From Acidobacteriota bacterium (GTDB lineage: Bacteria > Acidobacteriota > UBA890 > WLXD01), in assembly GCA_965205505.1 (NCBI GenBank), contig CBDBHB010000009.1, positions 896,001 to 960,000 of the forward strand: DNA of 64,000 nucleotides. The letters run 5' to 3'. The translations under genes and the position numbers were made by a program. The notes below the pieces were generated by a model. That model searched no databases, was not told the origin of the DNA, and worked only from the letters and a program-made list of their open reading frames with translations. Shown in pieces: positions 58,753 to 64,000 of the stretch; the stretch's first letter is position 1, and every line of letters starts with the position of its first letter.

Positions 58753-59489
58753 TTGAACACCATCGGGCGAAACATCTCCGGAACGTGAAAGCTCTCGCCG
58801 GGGACGGGCGACCAGGCTGAGAGCAGCAGATCGCGGTGCGGGTCGTCGGGCCTGTGAGGCCGCTTGATCCGGAAGACGTTGAATCGCCAGCTGTCGCCGG
58901 CGAGTGGCGGTAGCCGCATGTCGGTGCCGGGAAGGGTGGCGAAGCCCGCCCACGGGAGTAGCGCGACCGCCGTCCAGCCGCTCGTGTCACTGTCCCACGC
59001 ATGCACCGCGGTTTGCAGGCCTGGGAAGTCCCAGTCCAGATCGCTCCGCTTGTCGGGATCGCCCCGGAACATGAGCAAGTCGCAGACGACGTTGCCCGGG
59101 CTGATCTCCACCTCGGCGTAGTTGCGACCATCTCCGTCCGGGTCGATGAAGATCTCGACCACCTCCTCCTCCCACAGAGGGTCGTCACGCCGTGTGTAGG
59201 TGTGCCACGGGGACGGGTCGGTGGCGTCGAACCGTATCCAGAAGCCGTCGGCACTCCATAGGGCGCGAAAGCTCGTGTTGTAGGGTGGCTCGCCCCAGAC
59301 GATGGTTGCCGCCGGCGACCAGGCAGCTTCGACACCGTCGAGAAGTTGCGGTGGCGTACTCGCAGCCGCCGCGACGTGCAGCCCGGTAGGAAGTTGGCCC
59401 AGCGCACCGGCCAGACCGAGTGCACCGGACAGCCCAAGACCTCCGGTGGCTAGCAGAACGAGCTGGCTGGCAGGGAGGGTCATGGGCAT
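58749..59489 (-). CDS. carbohydrate-binding family 9-like protein
   Basis: RDDPLWEEEVVEIFIDPDGDG.NY.E.EISP, WRFNVFR, WSP...FHVPE.F. Confidence 0.8.
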   Translation of the reverse strand: MPMTLPASQLVLLATGGLGLSGALGLAGALGQLPTGLHVAAAASTPPQLLDGVEAAWSPAATIVWGEPPYNTSFRALWSADGFWIRFDATDPSPWHTYTRRDDPLWEEEVVEIFIDPDGDGRNYAEVEISPGNVVCDLLMFRGDPDKRSDLDWDFPGLQTAVHAWDSDTSGWTAVALLPWAGFATLPGTDMRLPPLAGDSWRFNVFRIKRPHRPDDPHRDLLLSAWSPVPGESFHVPEMFRPMVFK

Positions 59490-59729
59490 GCGGGCAGTTC
59501 ATCGCCGCCGGTAGGCAACGTTAGGATAACGTGCTCCTGTACTCGTGCGCCTCGAACGAAGAGGCCGTTCGCGACAATACTGTGAGGTTCGACATGCGCT
59601 GGCGTTGCTCGATGTCCTGGGCGTTGTGGTTGACTTGTATGACGCTCTCCGCGACCCGACAGACGAGCGGAAAGTTGGGCCGGCGGTACGAGCCGCCCGC
59701 GCCTATCGAGCCACTACTCTCCCACTGCA

Positions 59730-60629
59730 TCAACCCCGGCGGATCTGCTCCCACTCCTCCACGGTTCGCGGCCAGTCTTTCTTGAGCAGCTGCGACAACA
59801 CCCTGTCGGCGTACACCTGGCCATCGGTTTGGCAGGTGGCGCAGTAGTTGGTCTCGCGGCTGCTGTAGAGGATGCGCTGCACCGGATCGCCGCAGCGCGG
59901 ACAGGGTTCACGGTAGCGTCCGTGAACCGCCATCTCGGGGCGAAAGGCGGTTACCTTTCGTGGGAACTCATCGCCAGTCTGAGTTCGGAGACGTTCGGTC
60001 CAGTCGGTCAAGACGGTGACCGTGCTAGCGTGCAGGTTCTCCACTTGTCGGTCGGAAAGGCGCGAGGTCCAGCTCAGCGGCGACAGGCGTGCGTGGTGGA
60101 GGATCTCGTCGGAGTAGGCATTTCCGATTCCGGAGAACAGTCGCGGCGAGGTCAGCGCCCGCTTCAGGGTATGGTTCTCGGAGCGAAGCCGGGCTGCGAA
60201 GTCGCCGAGGTTGCATTCCAGAATCTCGAGACCCCCGGGGTCGTGCTCGGCAAGCGCCTCGCGTCCGCGCACGACGTGGAGCGATGCACGCTTCTTGGCG
60301 CTGGCCTCGGTCAGTACCAGCGTGCCGCTGGAAAAATCGAAGGCCGCCAGACCGACCCTGGCGGGTACGAGCGCGCCGGCGTCTCGCCAGCGGAAGCGGC
60401 CGGCGATCATCAAATGGACCACCAGAAACAGATCTTCGCTTAGCGCGATGACGATTCGCTTGCCGATGCGCTCGACGCCGACCACGACCTTGCCGTAGGT
60501 TTCCATTACCGGAGGGTCGAATGTGCGCAACAGGAACGGGCTGGCGAGGCGCACGCTAGCAAGCGTCTCGCCAGTGATCCTGCGCTCTAGGCACTCCACA
60601 TAGACGATCACATCGGGCAACTCGGGCAT
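59730..60629 (-). CDS. Fpg/Nei family DNA glycosylase
   Basis: MPELPDV, HLMIAGR, GIGNAYSDEIL, C4 zinc finger CPRC...CATC. Confidence 0.92.
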   Translation of the reverse strand: MPELPDVIVYVECLERRITGETLASVRLASPFLLRTFDPPVMETYGKVVVGVERIGKRIVIALSEDLFLVVHLMIAGRFRWRDAGALVPARVGLAAFDFSSGTLVLTEASAKKRASLHVVRGREALAEHDPGGLEILECNLGDFAARLRSENHTLKRALTSPRLFSGIGNAYSDEILHHARLSPLSWTSRLSDRQVENLHASTVTVLTDWTERLRTQTGDEFPRKVTAFRPEMAVHGRYREPCPRCGDPVQRILYSSRETNYCATCQTDGQVYADRVLSQLLKKDWPRTVEEWEQIRRG

Positions 60630-60714
60630 GGGGCGCAATGTTCGCATGCCGGCGACACAACCGGCCCGGTCGCTACCTATCAACGTCGTGGAGAAACAGG
60701 ATGACCGGGCGGTC

Positions 60715-61842
60715 ATGAACACTCCCTTGACAGCTGTCGTTCTGACTGGCGGCGGGGCGCGCGGCGCGTACCAGGCAGGGGTGCTCGCCGGCATTGCCGA
60801 TCGGTCGCGTTGCGACGTCTGCTTTCCGATCATCACTGGGGTGTCGGCGGGAGGAATCAACGCCGCAGCGCTCGCCGCCAGCCGCTCCGGGTTCGATGCC
60901 GCCACCGCCGATCTGCGCCAGGCCTGGCTGAAGCTCACTATCGACAACGTGTTCCGCTCCAACTTCCGTACCCTGACCTGGAGCGCCTTGTGCTGGATGG
61001 CCAAGATCGGCAGCGGCGGCGCTCTGCCTACCGACCTGCGAGGCCTGTTGGACACGCGCCCCCTACGTGCCTATCTGACTGCAGCGATCGATTTCGACGG
61101 CATCGGCGACAACATTGCTGCAGGTCGCTTGCACGCTTTGGCGATGTCGATGACCGAGTACGCAACAGGGCGTACGGTGACCGCAATACAGGCAACGGAG
61201 CGGGTCCGCGACTGGCAGCGCGCCAGACGCCTCTCGGAGCGCAGTCGAATTACGGTCGACCACGTGATGGCGTCAGCGGCCTTGCCGGTTATCTTTCCGG
61301 CCATTCAGATCGGCGCCAACTACTACGGTGACGGCAGCATCCGCCAGTCGGCGCCCCTGTCGCCAGCTGTCCACCTTGGCGCCGATCGTATCCTGGCGAT
61401 CTCGGTGCGCTATTCGCTGGCTCCGCTGGAACGCATCCAACCGCAGATCACCGGCTACCCGCCGCCGGCGCAGATCCTGGGGATGATCCTCCACGGCGTG
61501 TTCATCGACGCACTGGAGGACGACGTCGAGCGTCTGCAGCGCATCAATCGCACTTTGGAGGCGGTGCCACCAGGAGCCGAGCTCCGGGATCGCCTGCGTC
61601 CGATCGAGACGCTGCTGCTACGGCCGTCGCGCGACCTGGCCAAGCTATCGGTCGGTCTGGTCGATGAGATGCCGCGTCCGCTGCGACTGCTGGCGCGCGG
61701 CCTCGGAGCGTCGCGAACCACCACACCGGACTTCCTCAGCTATCTGTTGTTCGAGCGTCCCTATATCGAGCGCCTCATGGATCTCGGCTTCGAGGACGCC
61801 CAAGCGCAGTGGGACATTATCGAGCCGTTCCTCGCCGGGTAG
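60715..61842 (+). CDS. patatin-like phospholipase
   Basis: GGGARGAYQAG, GVSAG, MASAALP, GDG. Confidence 0.9.
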   Translation: MNTPLTAVVLTGGGARGAYQAGVLAGIADRSRCDVCFPIITGVSAGGINAAALAASRSGFDAATADLRQAWLKLTIDNVFRSNFRTLTWSALCWMAKIGSGGALPTDLRGLLDTRPLRAYLTAAIDFDGIGDNIAAGRLHALAMSMTEYATGRTVTAIQATERVRDWQRARRLSERSRITVDHVMASAALPVIFPAIQIGANYYGDGSIRQSAPLSPAVHLGADRILAISVRYSLAPLERIQPQITGYPPPAQILGMILHGVFIDALEDDVERLQRINRTLEAVPPGAELRDRLRPIETLLLRPSRDLAKLSVGLVDEMPRPLRLLARGLGASRTTTPDFLSYLLFERPYIERLMDLGFEDAQAQWDIIEPFLAG

Positions 61843-61869
61843 TGTCCACCACACTTTCACCACGGCCTG

Positions 61870-63543
61870 CTAGAGCTCGAAACGCTTGAGCCGCTCGACG
61901 ATGTGGTTGCAGGCGCGGGCCGTCAGCGCCATGTAGGTGAGCGACGGATTCTGGCACGCCGAGCTGGCCATGGCGCCGCCATCGACGACGAACAGATTTT
62001 CGACGTCGTGGCACTGGTTGTAGCCATTGAGCACCGACGTCTTCGGGTCGCGGCCCATGCGCGTCGTCCCCATCTCGTGGATGCACAGCCCAGGTGGTGT
62101 GCCGACTGCGTTCATCCTGATGTCCTTGGCGCCGGCTGCCTCGAGCATCTCGGCGGCCTGCTCGGCGGCATCACGCTGCATCACGAGCTCGTTCTCGCGC
62201 CAGTGCATCTGGATTCGCAGCACGGGAATACCCCAGGCGTCGACCACGTCGGGATCTAGCTCGGCGCGGTTGTCATGGTAGGGAAGGCACTCACCCCACG
62301 CTCCGAGGCTCATACACCACGGCCCGGCTCGGCTCATCGATCGCTTGAAGTCAGCGCCGAAGCCCGCCTCACCCGTGCCGCGATTCCAGTCGAGGCGCGA
62401 CGCGCTGCCCTGGTACCCGTAGCCGCGTAGGAAGTCGGGGTGCTGATCCCAGACGTTGCGGAACCGGGCTACGTAGACGCCGTTGGGTCGATTGCCGACC
62501 GTGGTGCGGTCGGCCCAACCGTCGAAAGTTCCGGAGGCGCCGACGCTCATCGTGTGATCCATCAGATATCGGCCGAGCGCGCCGCTCGAGTTGCCGAGCC
62601 CGTCCGGGAAGGTCGGGTTGGCGGAGTTGAGCAGAATCCGCGACGACTCCAACGCCGCAGCCCCGAGCACCACCACCCGCCCCTTGAACTCGACTGACTC
62701 GCCGCTTTCGCGATCGATGACCAGCACTCCGGACGCCTTGCCGTTGTCGTAGGTGACGTGACGCACGACGCTGTTGGGTCGGAGCGTCATCTTGCCAGTT
62801 GCCGCCGCTGCGGGCAGCGTGGCGTTGAGGCTACTGAAGTACGACTTGGTGATACAGCCGCGGTGGCAGGGGCCACAGTAGTGACAGGCGGCACGACCGT
62901 TGTGATCTTGGGTGAGCACGGCGCTGCGACCGGGCGTCAGCACCCGCATGCCGCCCCAAGCATCGCCGATGGCAGCGCGCGCGTGTTCCTCGACACAGTT
63001 CAGTGGCATCGCCGGCAGGAACTGGCTGTCCGGTAGCTGATCGAGCCCCTCTGCCTGACCGCTGATGCCGGCGAAACGCTCGACGTGGTCGTACCAGGGC
63101 ACCAGATCCGCATAGCGCAGCGGCCAGTCGATACCGAATCCGTCGCGCGCCGCGGCTCCGAAGTCGACGTCCGACAGTCGGTAGCTCTGCCGCGCCCACA
63201 TAATCGATTTGCCGCCGACCTGGCGCCCCCGAATCCACAGGAAGGGCTTGCCCTCGGCCTGTACGTAGGGGTTGTCGACGTCGTCGACGAAGAACTTCTC
63301 GGCAGATTCGTCGCAGGCGTAGCATTCTTTCTGTACGGCCTGTCGCTCCGACTGCTTGCGACGGTCGCGGAGCCCGCGAAACCGCTTGGCAAACGGCGGC
63401 ACATGCTCTACGTAATCGCGCTCCGGAACAATCATCGGGCCGGCCTCGAGCACCAGAGTTTCGAGCCCTGCCTCGCTGAGCTCCTTGGCCGCCCAACCCC
63501 CGGTGATTCCCGTCCCGACGACGATCGCGTCGTAGACCTTCAC
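61870..63543 (-). CDS. GMC family oxidoreductase
   Basis: YDAIVVGTGITGGWAAKEL, VGGKS..W.RQ, CHYCGPCHRGC, IHEMGT.RMG, QNPSLTYMALTARA. Confidence 0.92.
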   Translation of the reverse strand: MKVYDAIVVGTGITGGWAAKELSEAGLETLVLEAGPMIVPERDYVEHVPPFAKRFRGLRDRRKQSERQAVQKECYACDESAEKFFVDDVDNPYVQAEGKPFLWIRGRQVGGKSIMWARQSYRLSDVDFGAAARDGFGIDWPLRYADLVPWYDHVERFAGISGQAEGLDQLPDSQFLPAMPLNCVEEHARAAIGDAWGGMRVLTPGRSAVLTQDHNGRAACHYCGPCHRGCITKSYFSSLNATLPAAAATGKMTLRPNSVVRHVTYDNGKASGVLVIDRESGESVEFKGRVVVLGAAALESSRILLNSANPTFPDGLGNSSGALGRYLMDHTMSVGASGTFDGWADRTTVGNRPNGVYVARFRNVWDQHPDFLRGYGYQGSASRLDWNRGTGEAGFGADFKRSMSRAGPWCMSLGAWGECLPYHDNRAELDPDVVDAWGIPVLRIQMHWRENELVMQRDAAEQAAEMLEAAGAKDIRMNAVGTPPGLCIHEMGTTRMGRDPKTSVLNGYNQCHDVENLFVVDGGAMASSACQNPSLTYMALTARACNHIVERLKRFEL

Positions 63544-64000
63544 CGCGACTCCTCCAGAACACGGCAGGGATCCCACTCGCCGGGAAAGAAGTTGTGTCGC
63601 AGCTCCTCGGTCATCCCTACCTCGGAGGTGAAGTATCCGACCAGCGTCCAGCGCTTCAACTGGTAGAAGAAATGTTCCGGTGCCTTACGCTCCGGCCGCG
63701 TGTCAGCGTCGTACGGGTCGTAGTCAGCCGCACGGTCGGCGGCCAGCAACTCGGCTACCTCGGCGTCCATCGAGGCAGTGGTCTGCACCTGTTGCGAGTT
63801 GCTGCACAGTACGAATGAAGTGCCGAAGCTCGCCTGTGCGCGCTGCTCGAGATCGTCCAGCCCGACGAGGAACGCATCGCGCTCCTCGTCGCTCATCCAG
63901 TCCGTCAGGAGCGTGTCGATGAACTCCGTGACCCCCGCATCACTGGCGCCGGGAGTGTCGGTTGCGGGAATGATGATCTCGGCGAGTATCCGCAGCGACT
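63540..64000 (-). CDS. gluconate 2-dehydrogenase subunit 3 family protein (5' end outside the window)
   Basis: IIPATDTPGA..AGV.EFID, FFYQLKRWTLVGYFTSEVG; overlaps the GMC start. Confidence 0.85.
   Translation of the reverse strand, partial: SLRILAEIIIPATDTPGASDAGVTEFIDTLLTDWMSDEERDAFLVGLDDLEQRAQASFGTSFVLCSNSQQVQTTASMDAEVAELLAADRAADYDPYDADTRPERKAPEHFFYQLKRWTLVGYFTSEVGMTEELRHNFFPGEWDPCRVLEESR

Noticed and set aside
59490-59729. Short ORFs between the CBM9-like and Fpg genes
   Set aside because: No recognisable motif in any frame.
1-64000. Many long overlapping or antisense ORFs in the track (e.g. 34667-36508, 46822-48303, 50563-52020); searched also for CRISPR arrays, tRNA and rRNA
   Set aside because: The ORFs are shadow frames typical of high-GC genes; no regularly spaced repeat array or RNA-gene signature was seen.

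Overview
GC-rich bacterial chromosomal window. PadR-linked ADOP-type permeases, a BlaI/M56-TonB module and an ECF-sigma/Ser-Thr kinase pair suggest an uncultured Acidobacteriota-like organism (inference). Most of it is ordinary metabolism and transport: GGT, lactate permease, sulfatase, peptidases, mog, pckG, a CoA-transferase/ABC cluster, a Tat-less molybdoenzyme operon and a GMC oxidoreductase. The interesting part is 12-25 kb. (i) A 10.1-kb mosaic island sits between 537-bp near-identical direct repeats. It carries a P4-type tyrosine integrase, an internally deleted IS21, a TonB-dependent receptor, truncated genes and a 1.29-kb near-identical copy of part of the molybdoenzyme gene found 38.5 kb away. 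(ii) An IS110/IS1111-type element is inserted exactly in the terminus of a MITE. Its downstream non-coding region folds into a loop whose two strands match the two sides of the reconstructed target, making it a candidate bridge/seek RNA that targets MITE ends. These nested insertions separate padR from its apparent promoter. Four frameshifts are all single-base duplications, so sequencing error is likely and assembly chimerism cannot be excluded. I recognised no rRNA, tRNA or CRISPR array. All alignments and RNA folds were done by eye.
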